DNA of 62,605 bases, the filler included, from Intoshia linei (lineage: Eukaryota > Animalia > Orthonectida), in assembly GCA_001642005.1 (NCBI GenBank). It is 7 parts of 7 records of this genome, joined end to end, with 100 filler letters (N's around TTAATTAATTAA, not from the genome) between each part and the next. Parts side by side here need not be neighbours in the genome. Positions count along the whole stretch, not along the records: positions 1 to 28,799 come from LWCA01000403.1; 6 more parts are not named here. The stretch is one strand, 5' to 3'. The notes beneath the pieces were generated by a model. That model had not been told where the DNA came from, searched no databases, and worked only from the letters and a program-made list of their open reading frames with translations. Of the stretch, positions 13,101-24,002 are shown piece after piece (position 1 is the stretch's first letter; each line of letters starts with the position of its first letter). The position numbers and the translations under genes are program-made.

Positions 13101-14366
13101 GCACTAAAAGTGTGTATTTTTAAAATAGAAAAACTAATTCGCAATCAAAAATATTTAACGCTATCTATTCGAATTGCGTTTGTCATTTTAAATATCACTG
13201 TATAAATATTATGAAGAAATTAAAACTGAACTTTATTTTAGCGGAAATCGGCGTTTGAGCTTTTAAACGTGGTACCGCCTTTATAATACTGTTCTCCATG
13301 TTTAGTTATACCGTTTATTTTTTTAAATTTTTTCTAGCTCAATTGTTTTGAATTTTATTAACGATTTAATTTCTCGAATTCTGGTTATTTACAGTATAAT
13401 AAATTCATTCAAATACAAAACATTTACAATCTTGTTAGTCATGTTTGCATTGAAAATTTTAAACACTATTTTAAAAATACACACTTTTAGTTATAATTGC
13501 CCTTGATTCTTTGATGGGTGTGACACCCTATTCTACATGTACTAAAAAATGTTAAAACTACACTACTAATATAGGAGGGTATGCTTATTCCAACGCTTAC
13601 TGTAATATCAAAAATAAAAAATAACCGGTATTAACTGCAAATTCATAGAGTAAATGAGATTAGTGGAAGCGTAATTTATATCGAAAACTCCATAAACTAG
13701 GTAGCTTGTCTATTAGTCTCAAATTTAATAATATTTGTATAATGTTACCTCGAGTATAACGAAATATCTATTATCAGCTAGATTATTTGATTCGTCATAA
13801 GGAATATCAAAATAAATTGAAATTTTTCCTCCATTAAAGGCTATCAAATTGTTAAAAAAATATTTGTCTACTTTCCAATATTTATATTGAAAATTTCCGA
13901 TATTCTTATGAATCAAACGCGTGATAGAATCGTTAAAGTAAACTTGATTTTTAAAAATATGATTATTTTTATCATCATAAATGGTCATCTGTTTAAAAAA
14001 TATTAATGTTAAATATGAAAAATTGTTACATAATATGGTGATTTGGTACTGTGACACTGGTCTGATTTCCTATTACATTGACATTTCTTGCATATTAAAT
14101 CTTTGGAACCATTAATTACTTTGTAGTAATTCGGTCCACAAATTTTGCAGTCATCTCCAGTATAGCCTTGCTACAATGTAAAAAAAATGTATAACTATAC
14201 TTACATGACAAATGCATATTTTAAAAATGTTGTGGTATTTTCCATTTTCGCAATCATTCCTTTTATTCTAAAAGTTATTTTGTCAAGATTACTCACTTTG
14301 TACATTATATGAGATTGAATTAGAAAATAGAATTAAAATTAAAATTAAACGTATAAATAGATACAT
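4168..14366 (-). CDS. HSPG2: Perlecan-like basement membrane protein (laminin EGF, laminin IV/B, 4 Ig, LamG, EGF, LamG), multi-exon
   Basis: Signal-peptide exon MYLFIRLILILILFSNS (ATG 14366); laminin-EGF exon QGYTGDDCKICGPNYY...CKKCQCNRKSDQC (~14063-14171); laminin IV YWKVDKYFFNNLIAFNGGKISI (~13750-13988) and CICPSGYIGNFCQ (~12287-12487); four Ig domains ending DAGKYQC, HSGAYTC, DSGKFSC, DSGNYIC (~8080-9430); LamG motifs GFTGCIM and LHLGG...FKGCI; EGF CQCKIGYGDQFCE; stop at 4168. The domain order matches perlecan; orthology is inferred. Confidence 0.8.
5710..6598 (+). mobile_element. Internally deleted hATm-type DNA transposon
   Basis: TIRs TAGGGTGT.../...ACACCCTA; 8-bp TSD ATGTACAT/ATGTATAT; internal transposase C-terminal relic VVNDAAERAIAKIKRAFRLTKKEEQLQLIV (~6014-6130); right arm nearly identical to ~39835-40052. 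Confidence 0.85.
9570..9720 (+). mobile_element. hAT (Buster/SPIN/GTF2IRD2-like) transposase remnant in perlecan intron
   Basis: Frameshifted translation RTRFS / IKPKLELLNNYMDVEIINMSHNLQFELCELQSDFIL* resembles the 'RF.DF...LQ.EL.ELQ.D' segment of Buster-type transposases. Confidence 0.55.
10774..11247 (+). mobile_element. hAT MITE, same family as 33518-33989
   Basis: Ends CAGTGGTTCCC.../...GGGAACTACTG; interior colinear with 33518-33989 (TTTCAAAATATTTATTTTTTGGACC, TTTTTCTCATAAGATTTGGT); TSD not preserved. Confidence 0.7.
13054..13530. mobile_element. hATm-type MITE
   Basis: 12-bp TIR TAGGGTGTCACA/TGTGACACCCTA, perfect 8-bp TSD TTCTACAT, subterminal inverted block ACTAAAAGTGTGTATTTTTAAAATAG. 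Confidence 0.9.
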
Positions 14367-14519
14367 ATTTAATAAACCCAGACTAAACAACACGATATAA
14401 AATTACACATCAATCATAATACATGCTATTCATTTTAAAGATTTACTGAAAATTTACATTCACAAATCAACAAAAAATATAAACTGAAACAAAAAAGAAA
14501 TACAATTTGTTTGTAATAA

Positions 14520-17500
14520 TCAGGCGTCAAATCGACTATTCGTAAAGCTTTCATCTACAAGAATAGCATTGTCGTCGTAAATATCAGGTTGAGGAGGAGA
14601 AACATCCATAATTCTATTTGAATGTTTCGGTGTTGATTTCAAGTTTTGATTGATTTTTCCCATTTTATCTTCAAATTCTTTTTGATCGACTACTTCGTCG
14701 TATTCCTCATTCATTCTATCCATAAATGTCGGGATTTTGTAAATATTTCTAACTGGCTTATTTTCTTCATTAGATTGAAATACTTGGTTAAACATGGATT
14801 TACTAGATTCGTTCAGTTTTACTGGCGATGAAAATTCAGACATGTGATTAGCTAGTCGAGTTTTCATTTTGTTAAAAGATTCGCATGTTTTTGATTCGTC
14901 CTTGTAATTTTGATTAGAGTGATTTAAAGAATAAAATTTAGTTGGAGTAAAACCACTCGCAGCGCATTTGATTGATTTTCGTTTAGGGCTTCGAATTACA
15001 GATAAACGACCTAAATTTAATGTATACCACAGAAAACTAAAAATAATAAATATATTATGTTTTATTAGTTAAAAAAGTTTATACGATTAGTTTTAGCGTC
15101 GTAATGTTTTAATGGACTTTCTTCGATAACTACATCGTCTTCATCTTCAATAATTAATTTAGAATATTTTCTTTTCAATTTAGTTGGCGTATCAGCAACA
15201 TACTTTGTGCGAAGTACATGGTGTTCTATAATAGCAAATTAAACATGTAAAAATGAGAATTATAGCTAATATTAAAAAATAATATTGCCGACGGTGTGGT
15301 GTAAAGAGTTAACTTATTAATTATTTACATGTCCAGTGCAAAATTTTCATTTTACAATACGAGTTTTGTTAGAATGGATAAAATAGATGGTTCCTTCGGG
15401 TAAAATGTAAAATTAGTATACACAATATGAATTCGACCTAGAAATAAAACTTATTTTTTACCCTACAACGCAGCGCTTCCCAAATTGCGGTCCGTGAAAA
15501 CATTTAATAGGTTAGCCTCAACCTCTCAATAGTCAATTTATTACGTTTTTTATCAAAATTTGTTGACGAACATTCAGTTGAGTATTGTAAGAGCGAAATA
15601 ATCATAGATTTTTTAAACAAATTTTTGTGGGTTCCTTTAATTTTGAAGGAAAATTCTGAAGATAACTTAGGATCAAAAATTGATAGGGTTTTTAAGGGAA
15701 GTTTTTTTTGATCCAATTTTTAAAGATTTTAAAGGTAATTTTGGTAAAGATTTGGTAAGATTTTTTTAAGGGAAAATTTTTTTGACGAAATTTTTAATAA
15801 TTTTGAAAATAATTTTGGTTCTAAGATTTGGTATGGTTTTTTATGTGAAAATTTTTGGATTAAAATTTTGTAGAATTTTAAGGGATCTTCAAAATTTTTT
15901 AAAATTGGATTCAAAAATTTTCCATAAAGAAACCGTGTGGGAAGCTCTGCTATAACGCATACATGTTTTAAACTGTTGGAACTAGATTTATTGTTATACA
16001 TTAAAAATACTCTGGTTCGTGTATCCATTGCTTAATTAATTTGTGGCAATGTTTTTTTTCAGTGTTACCCTGCTGGAATAAAAAAATTTCGCCAATATTG
16101 TCAAAAAATCATACGAAAATTGGTCCCGTCATATATTAATTTAGAATAGTATGCCAGTCATATGGCCCTAGTCTCCTTTACACAGCCCTGGTTGCATTGT
16201 ATTAATCAAATAGTATATATAAATAATACATCCTACACGAGCAAGATTTTATCCACGGGCAGCTATGATCCACTCTTGATTTAGTGGACCTTTGGTCAGT
16301 TCCGTTGATGATTAATCAACGCAATAACCAAGCTTAGTGTAAATAAAAATATTACTTTTTGGTGTTTTGTTTTTTCTTAAAAATATGTTGGTAAATTGAC
16401 TTTTTTTTGGTGATATAAAATTGACAATATTCTTAACAGGTGAAATATATGAGTCCATAAAGAATTGGTTTTCTAAAAAAATTGAATAAATCATAAACAA
16501 TGTATACCAATCTCTTTATTTCTAGATTTTTTTAATTTAATTTTCTAAAACAAAATAAAATATAAATAAAAAAACGAAATACTGGGAGAAAAATTTCTCG
16601 TGTATCACAGTTGCTAAATCTTTTATATACTTTTGTTAATTTTTTTTTGCTAAAAGGCAATTAAATATATTATCATCAAAAAAGAAAATTAGTATTACTC
16701 CGGAACATTAGTGATGGTTGGAATGTTAATCATATTAAAATGCGTATTATTATGAAACGAATCATCATTTTTATCGTTTGGTAAAAGAAATTTAGGAATA
16801 TTCAAGTCCAAATATTGCAATAATTGAATCATTAGATTTTTATTTTGACAACTATAACTAAATAGATAAAAATTAAAAATACAATCTAAAAAATGAAACA
16901 ATTTTGCAATCTTCATTATGAAACAATTTAGCTTCCCGGAAGTGTAATGTCTGGTGACCATACAATTAATGTAAGACAACTAAATAATTTACAGTTGAAA
17001 ATTGATATAATGTACATTTTACCGGAGCGAATATTCTTTTGAAATCAAGATCAAGACTATTATGGCATGTAAAAACTAATTTATCGCAAATAATAAGATA
17101 TTGAATTTTTGATCTAATTTTGAAAATTTCAAATAATTTAATTTAATTTAATAAATTACTCAATTAAAAAAAGATTGCGATCGCTGATATGACGTAATTT
17201 TTTTAAATTAGTTTCACAACTAGTCATGTATTGATGCATAATTTTTTTTATAATTTTGAAATTAATCTAAAATATATGTAATGAAAAGTATCGTACCCTA
17301 CATAAAATGTATTACCACGTGTCTTTCTTTGTTTCCACTTAAATATTGGTCCATTAATTTTTTTTCAACTTTGTTTACAGTTTCGTCAAATTTTTTAATG
17401 ATACCATCATCATCTTCAACATATTGACTAGTATTTACCCGCATATCGTTTAATCCGTGTTGCAACAATAGAATAAAACTATCACAATTAGAGTCCAATT

Positions 17501-19985
17501 CAATTTCTACCACAATATTGTAATACGTCAATTAAAATAAGTATACCAAAATCAGTCCTAGTTAAAGTAGTAAAATTGAAATAATTTTTTCTGCGAGGAC
17601 TTTTGATTGTTTTAGTACTATTAGAATTTTCATTTCTGCACAAGTTCAACTTTGCTCTATCCATAATGATGTTTGATCTATTACTATAAACAGAGGTTTT
17701 AGTATTTTTTGATTTAGTCTTTTTTTCTAAAAAGTACAAATTATTTGACTTAATGAGAATGAAAATTAATTTAATTTTTTTTAAAAAAATACCAATTTCG
17801 TTAAAAGCATTTTTTCGAATTTTGTCTAGAATAAAAATTGACTTGTTATATTTTTGTAATTTGGATTTAATAACGCTACTGCTTCTAAAATATATTATAA
17901 CAGTAATATGAATTTATTACAAGCTTTTACAAAAATATTTATAAGAATCGCTAGGTAATCTTTTGGCAAAGGATTCGAAAATATTGGCACTGAATAATTC
18001 CGTACCTTGGTTATAATTGCAAACTAAAAATGATAATTTGAATAAAATAAAATACATTTTTTTCTTTGGCATTTGATTAATTGTAAAAATATGTGCATGT
18101 TGATTTCCGAAAAATAAAATGTTGTTTGACACATATGACTCATCAAGTATTGAGATTTTCCATTGTTTGATATTAAAATCTGAATATAAACGAAATTATA
18201 GTAAAAAAATTTAGTTTATAGGTTCTATAATAAAAAAGTTTACAAAATCAAAAAAATATATTTCCACCTATTGAAAACATTAAATTTTTTATTTAAGGGT
18301 ACCTGTCAGTTTTAAGAAAAAAAATTTAAAGAACTTTTAAATAATTCATTCAAAAAATACCAAACAACATTGCATTTGGCTTAGTATGTGACACAAGGTG
18401 ATATATTGGTGATCAATCATAAAAATTGATTTGGTAGATAGATTGAGTGATTTTAATACGTTCAAAACAATATTTTTGTCAATGATGGACACTATGCTCA
18501 TTTTTTGAATATCTTGATACAAGTAATGTCGACGAAAAAATTCGATATAATACATTTTACCGGTAAAAGCAATGCTTTGTTTTTTGTATACTTGAATATC
18601 ATCAAAAATTTCATCTACATTTTTGATTTTACCATTGCACTGAATCATCATTTCGTTAAATCGAGAACAATTTGGGAAAATATCATTGAAGAAAGTTTTA
18701 AATAAACTATTTTTATGAGTTCCACTTAATGAATCTCCAATAATTGTATATGGAATAAATAATCCATCATATTTAGCTAAAACTTTACTGAAAATGGCAC
18801 TACCCTAAAAAAAATTAATAAAAATATAAAATTTAAAACTATGGTATTGGACGGTTCTGTTTTAACCAAGGGTTTATTAAATAAGCAGTTTTGATATTGG
18901 ACATCCAACCAAATTAAATTAAAACAAGACTGTTTTCCAGAAATTCTCTTACTAATATCTTTTCCGAAAATTCGTCTAAATTGTTCTTCATCTGAAACCT
19001 CCTTTTTGCAAAACAAATCAAACTGTAATTTCGTTTTAGGGAAACTGGAAACAATAATGACCAGTTTTAAAGTGGAAGGATTTTTAGAAATTTTATTGTT
19101 TTCCAAAAAAGATTTTGACAATTTTATCAAATCTATATCACCATTTGAAGTTGACATAAAACTTGAATTGGGCGATTTGATATTGGGATTGGTGTTATCT
19201 TTTTTCAGTTTAATTGGAGATAAAAGTGAAAACGAATTCCAATCTAAAACAGCAGCAATTTTGATTATTTCTTTTCTGATAGTCAGCATGTTTATTGGTA
19301 CTCGAGGTATCGATCTTTTCCAATTACACGATGATTGAGTCACTGAATTTGCCCATTCGTAATTATTTTTGTACGAATTTCCGACATCACTTATTATTGG
19401 ACAAGAATTTTCGTTTACTGCAAAGTTTACGTCCTTTTTTTCTTGCGTCACTGTAGACTTTGAATTTTCATTCTCTGCGTATAAAAGCCATTCTGTCAGT
19501 TTTGTAAAGGCGTTTTTGAAATTTTTTAAATTTTTTTGGTTCACTTCATTGAAAGTATTGTATTCGTAAATTTTTGATTTAATTTTCATAAATAAAGAAG
19601 AATAGCGAGCACTATCTGTCGATGAAATGCTTGGATTATATTTATCGTAAAAATTAAATACTCTATAATTGAAATGTACCTCAAAGGGTATATACAAAAG
19701 TTCTATCAAATCATTCACCATTCGGTCAATTTGATTGGGTTTCATGCGTATTATGGTTTGAGCATCAATTAAAAATGCAATTTTACTATCAGAAATGGCA
19801 TTTAAACGACTAATATCGTTCGATTTCAAAAACTGGTTGAATTTATTTGTTATAAATCCGCTTTGGTTTGAAAAAGAATCAAAATTGCTGGAAGCTTCGT
19901 TTATACCGGAATTGTAGACATTTGGCGTACTGGTATCTTCCAGGCTTGAATTTATATTAATTTCATCAGGTTTTTCGGTATTCAT
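14520..19985 (-). CDS. TICRR: Treslin / TICRR (Sld3 homologue, replication initiation factor), multi-exon
   Basis: Long first exon with vWA-like IAFLIDAQ...FNYRVFNF...VIIVSSFP...LIWLD; central exons ~16356-18776; exon ~15085-15226 reads VADTPTK...DVVIEESPLK, matching the paired CDK sites of Treslin (VAETP / VVEESP); S/TP-rich last exon ending at 14520. Confidence 0.8.
15471..15949. mobile_element. hAT MITE in TICRR intron
   Basis: TIRs CAGCGCTTCCCA/TGGGAAGCTCTG; TSD CTACAACG/CTATAACG; interior resembles ~48800-48930. Confidence 0.8.
16233..16334 (-). ncRNA. Candidate structured intronic RNA of unknown class
   Basis: GC-richer island with three adjacent stem-loops; the single stem mismatch in each of the two clearest hairpins is a G-U pair only on the minus (TICRR sense) strand. 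No C/D, H/ACA or Sm motif recognised. Confidence 0.4.
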
Positions 19986-20682
19986 TTATCAATTGTTATT
20001 AACCACACGATGAAATCACGTGTAAAAGGTTTTTTGAAAACATGTATTTATTAGATTAAAAAAGTTATCAACTTTATTTCAGAATTAATAGTTTCAAATC
20101 ATTTATTATCAATATTTTTAAATTTACAAAATCTATGTATCATTTACTTTACTATGGTACGCTTAAATCTTCAAATTATGTTTTTAGGGAATTCATCAAT
20201 TTATAATAACATTACATTATTTCAAAAACACGATAAAGTTGAACTATTATATTATTTTATATTACAACATCTATAATTATATGTTGCTAATTTTTTTACT
20301 CCAAATAAATTTAACTGTTAATTAGCTTTGAAACACTTTATTTTTTCATATTATAAAATTTTCTATAATTTAGGATAAAATCAAAAAAGTCACGGTTCGC
20401 TGAATTCAAATATTTAAATTTGGAAATTACGGTAACGAATCGTTACTAACGATGAATACTACCAGTTAACATTTAATACATATTGATTACTTTTTCTGTA
20501 ATACAAATGATAAATGTATTTCCAATAATGCAATAATCTAAAATTTAACTATATTCTATAGTTTTTTACTTCATTCATGATTTGACACTACACCCAATTG
20601 TATTTTAATGTGCTGATACCTTAGTATGATTAATTTTAAATGAAAATATCCTTTTCCTTTACTTACAATATAAAATATATAT

Positions 20683-21610
20683 AAAATTGAATGTCTGTGT
20701 TCGTGTTACCGTATATTCAAAAAATTAACAGTCGTAGAATTTAAAAACCCAATTTCTAATTTAGTTGTTTTCGCAGGGATGTTGGTATATATTTTTCAGT
20801 TTTCGAATTTGTCTCTTTCAGGGGCAAAAACCCAATTTTGCCTTTTGTCATAAAATAAAATTATATCATATATCTAAATAAATAAAATCAGCCAGAAAAA
20901 TTTAATTAAAAATAAATTGTGGGATGTTTTTTAAAATCATTGACATTGTCGTAAATCTCAGCCTCACAAACGCATGCTTTCATGGTCAAAACCACAAATT
21001 ACTCTATGTTTTACAAATGAAACGTGTCCTAAAAATATATAGAACAAATTCTGGGATAGTTTTTAAAATTTTCAACGAAGGTTGTCAAAAAGATAATTTT
21101 CACGATTAAAACCCCAGGTGCCCTTTTTGAAACAATGAAAATAGTCCTAGAATTTTAAAAAAATTACAGCTGATACAGTTACATCCAGTGAACACACACA
21201 AAAAATTTTAATTTAATAAAGTGACGCCTTCATGATCAAAAAAGCACTTTAATATTCTATTTTTTTATTTCGAAACTATTTTGTTAAAACAAAAAAATTG
21301 AAATAATAAACGGTCCTATAATTAAAAAAAAATTCTCTGATACAGCTTATTCTTCTTAATATGAATACAAAATTTCCACCGCAGAAATCTACACAATCCC
21401 AGTGAAATATAACTTTTAATATATTATCAACCAAATTTTAAATTTTTGAATTAAAAAGTAAAATTAAAATGTAAATATGCATCCTACAATTTAAAAAAAA
21501 TGAATTTAACGTCTACACATTTCCAATAAAGAGATATGGGTGGAAATCTCATAAATTTATTCTTTCAGTTTTTTTCATTGCTACACAATTTTTCATTTTC
21601 AAATACTCAT
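20683..21610 (+). mobile_element. Helitron-family derivative (second subfamily), 3' truncated
   Basis: Shares GTCTGTGT..GTTACCGT, GGTCAAAACCACAAATTAC and AAAATGTAAATAT..ATCCTACAATTT blocks with other copies; colinear with 34680-35230. Confidence 0.75.
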
Positions 21611-21624
21611 TTTAATAAAAAAAC

Positions 21625-21960
21625 GGTAATATGTGGTTTTGACCATAAAAATGTACGTTTCTGAAGTTGATATTTACGACAATGTTAATGATTTTAAAAA
21701 GCGTCCCAAAATGTATGTTTTTTTAAATTTTAGTGCTGATTTTATTTAAAAAAATAGTAAATTGTGTTTTTGACCATATAAGACACAATTTGGAAAAATG
21801 AAATATAAATAAAAACATAACCTCCAAAAACCTATATTAGAAATTGGCCATTTTTACATTCTAGGACTATTTTGATTTTTTAAAAAAGGGCAATTTGTGG
21901 TTTTGATCGTGAAAATGATTTTTTTTTTTAATAAACGGTAACACAGAAATTCAATTTTAT
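21625..21960 (-). mobile_element. Helitron-family 5' fragment, inverted relative to 20683-21000
   Basis: Reverse complement matches 20683-21000 (ACGGTAACACAG..ATTCAATTTTAT; TTTACGACAATGTTAATGATTTTAAAAA). Confidence 0.75.
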
Positions 21961-21976
21961 ACAGAGTTGTGCACAT

Positions 21977-22577
21977 CGCAGTGTTAAAGTTATAATGTTC
22001 TATTTGACTTTTTGACAAAAATGATGTTTTTCATGAAAAATGTTTTTTATGTCATATTTTTTACATTTTACCATAAAAATTAAGCTTGAAAATGTATTAT
22101 TTTATGATATAACGTACATTTAATCGTTCAATTACTAAATCTCGACTTGATAATTCCTTACAAAATTATATAATTCCTATTAAAAATAACCTCACAGATT
22201 CTAAAAAGAAAGATATTAAAAGTATGTTAATCAAAATGGACAATGAGTAAAGAATTTTATAGTTTAAACATATAAATTGATAAAAATTAATTTTGATAAT
22301 AAAAATTTTAAATGTTAACAGTTTTTATAGAATAATGTTCTATTTGCAATTTTTTCATCAAATAGTTAGACAGGCTGTTCCATTAGTGAAATTTAAGTTC
22401 TGAAAAACATTTGTTTTTATTTTTATCGTACGAAACTTTTCAATATACTTTAACAAATATTATAAAACTAAATTCTATAATTAAATTTCAATATAAAAAT
22501 TATATTTTAGACAATATAGTACTTTTAAACTTTAAATTCGATTTATGCAAATAGAACAATATAACTCTAACACTGCG
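21977..22577. mobile_element. MITE with 30-bp TIRs and 4-bp TSD (Chapaev/Transib-like, CMC group inferred)
   Basis: TIR CGCAGTGTTAAAGTTATAATGTTCTATTTG versus CGCAGTGTTAGAGTTATATTGTTCTATTTG (2 mismatches); ACAT on both flanks. Confidence 0.8.
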
Positions 22578-22700
22578 ACATATACATACGGAAAATTTTA
22601 ACTTTTGATTATATTGCACTGCATTATATTAATTTGTACTAGTACAGTGTACTACTTTGTACTTTATTAACAAGTGTATTATTTATTATATTAACTATAT

Positions 22701-22925
22701 CAGAGTGATGACAAACACATGACGAGTGGGGGCTCTGGCGCATTTGTGCGTCCCAGCAAATGCTGTGTGGCCAGCTAAAAATTTACAACGAGCTATACAC
22801 TGTTTCACAAAGAGTCAGTTCAATCAGATTTTTTAATTTTTATCATTTACATGTTTTACAAAATATATTACTAAAAAATTTCGTGGGCCGTATGCGACCC
22901 GCGAGCCACGCTTTGGACCACCCTG
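22701..22925. mobile_element. hAT MITE
   Basis: Ends CAGAGTGATGACAAA / TTTGGACCACCCTG; perfect 8-bp TSD AACTATAT; GC-rich subterminal motifs. Confidence 0.8.
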
Positions 22926-22995
22926 AACTATATAATTAAAGTATATATTATATAACTTATTTAATTATTTATTTTAAAGGTATATTGAGGATATA

Positions 22996-23236
22996 CAGGG
23001 TTGATCATATTATTATAATAATTTTTTATATATTCATTTCATGGCTATATATTTTGTATTAATTAAACCACAATATTAATTTTAAGAGACAAACAACTGT
23101 TAAATTATACTACATCAAATAAAAAAGTTGAACATATTTATAATTGAAAAATGATGATTAAATCATAATTAAATTAAAATAATATTAACCAATCAATACG
23201 TAAAAATAAATTATTATAATATTATGATCAACCCTG
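22996..23236. mobile_element. Tc1/mariner-type MITE
   Basis: ~28-bp TIR CAGGGTTGATCATA(T/A)TATTATAATAATTT flanked by TA on both sides. Confidence 0.85.
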
Positions 23237-24002
23237 TATAACATTTTTGTTACATTATGAATATCTTAAGGTTTGAATATTATAAAAAATTATGATTTTT
23301 TTCCATTTATAAAGTTGTGGTACATGAACAAATGTACCAAAACTGAAATCGACAACCAACAGTGCACCGTTAAAAAAATATCTGAAAAAATTTTTACTGG
23401 TAATTTCAACAATTTTCATGAATGTTTAAATTTTCTGCATTTTCAATGTAAAAGTAGATATTTTTGATTATAATTAATTAATATTAATAATTAGTTGTTC
23501 ATCTATTGTTGTAAAGTGCAATAAAAAATTGTAAAATGATATGTATAATTTTAGATATTCATGTCATTTATACTATAAAATAATGTATCTGAACCAAAAA
23601 AGTAACTTGGTGTATTTGTACTTTGTTAGCTTTGTGTATTGGATACAATTTCAAATAGCCTAGGTTTTTTTTATAGTGTATTGATCAATGAGACAATACC
23701 AATCTAAAATACGTTGATTCATTAATTAATGTTTCATTATGAATCACAAAATTCACATTTAGTAAAGTTACATTTAATAATAGGTATGCTTACAGTTTAT
23801 TGTGTTAATTTTTCTGCGTTATTTATGGAATTTATAGAACATTACCAAGTATATGTGAATAAATGAAACATAACTACTAATTATTTTTATAAATGGTGAC
23901 TATAATGATTTTATAGTTTAAATTCAAATATTTTGATATTTCCGATGGAATTTAAATCTATAAAAAAACAAAAATTATCTTAACAAATATATAAAAAATT
24001 TG

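Noticed and set aside
14268-14296. Apparent 25-29-nt first intron of the perlecan-like gene
   Set aside because: The strong donor GTGAGT gives a stop with the nearest acceptor and the in-frame alternative needs a 25-nt intron; cannot be resolved without transcripts.
15504-16028. Lys/Phe-rich ORFs of 70 and 99 aa
   Set aside because: Lie largely within the hAT MITE 15471-15949; low-complexity translations.
19006-19569. Plus-strand ORFs of 110 and 66 aa
   Set aside because: Antisense shadows of TICRR exon 1; likewise 574-810, 1252-1461, 14646-14831, 30074-30274, 31406-31723 and 32748-32942 shadow real genes.
20017-20022. E-box CACGTG just upstream of the TICRR ATG
   Set aside because: A single hexamer has no statistical support without conservation data.
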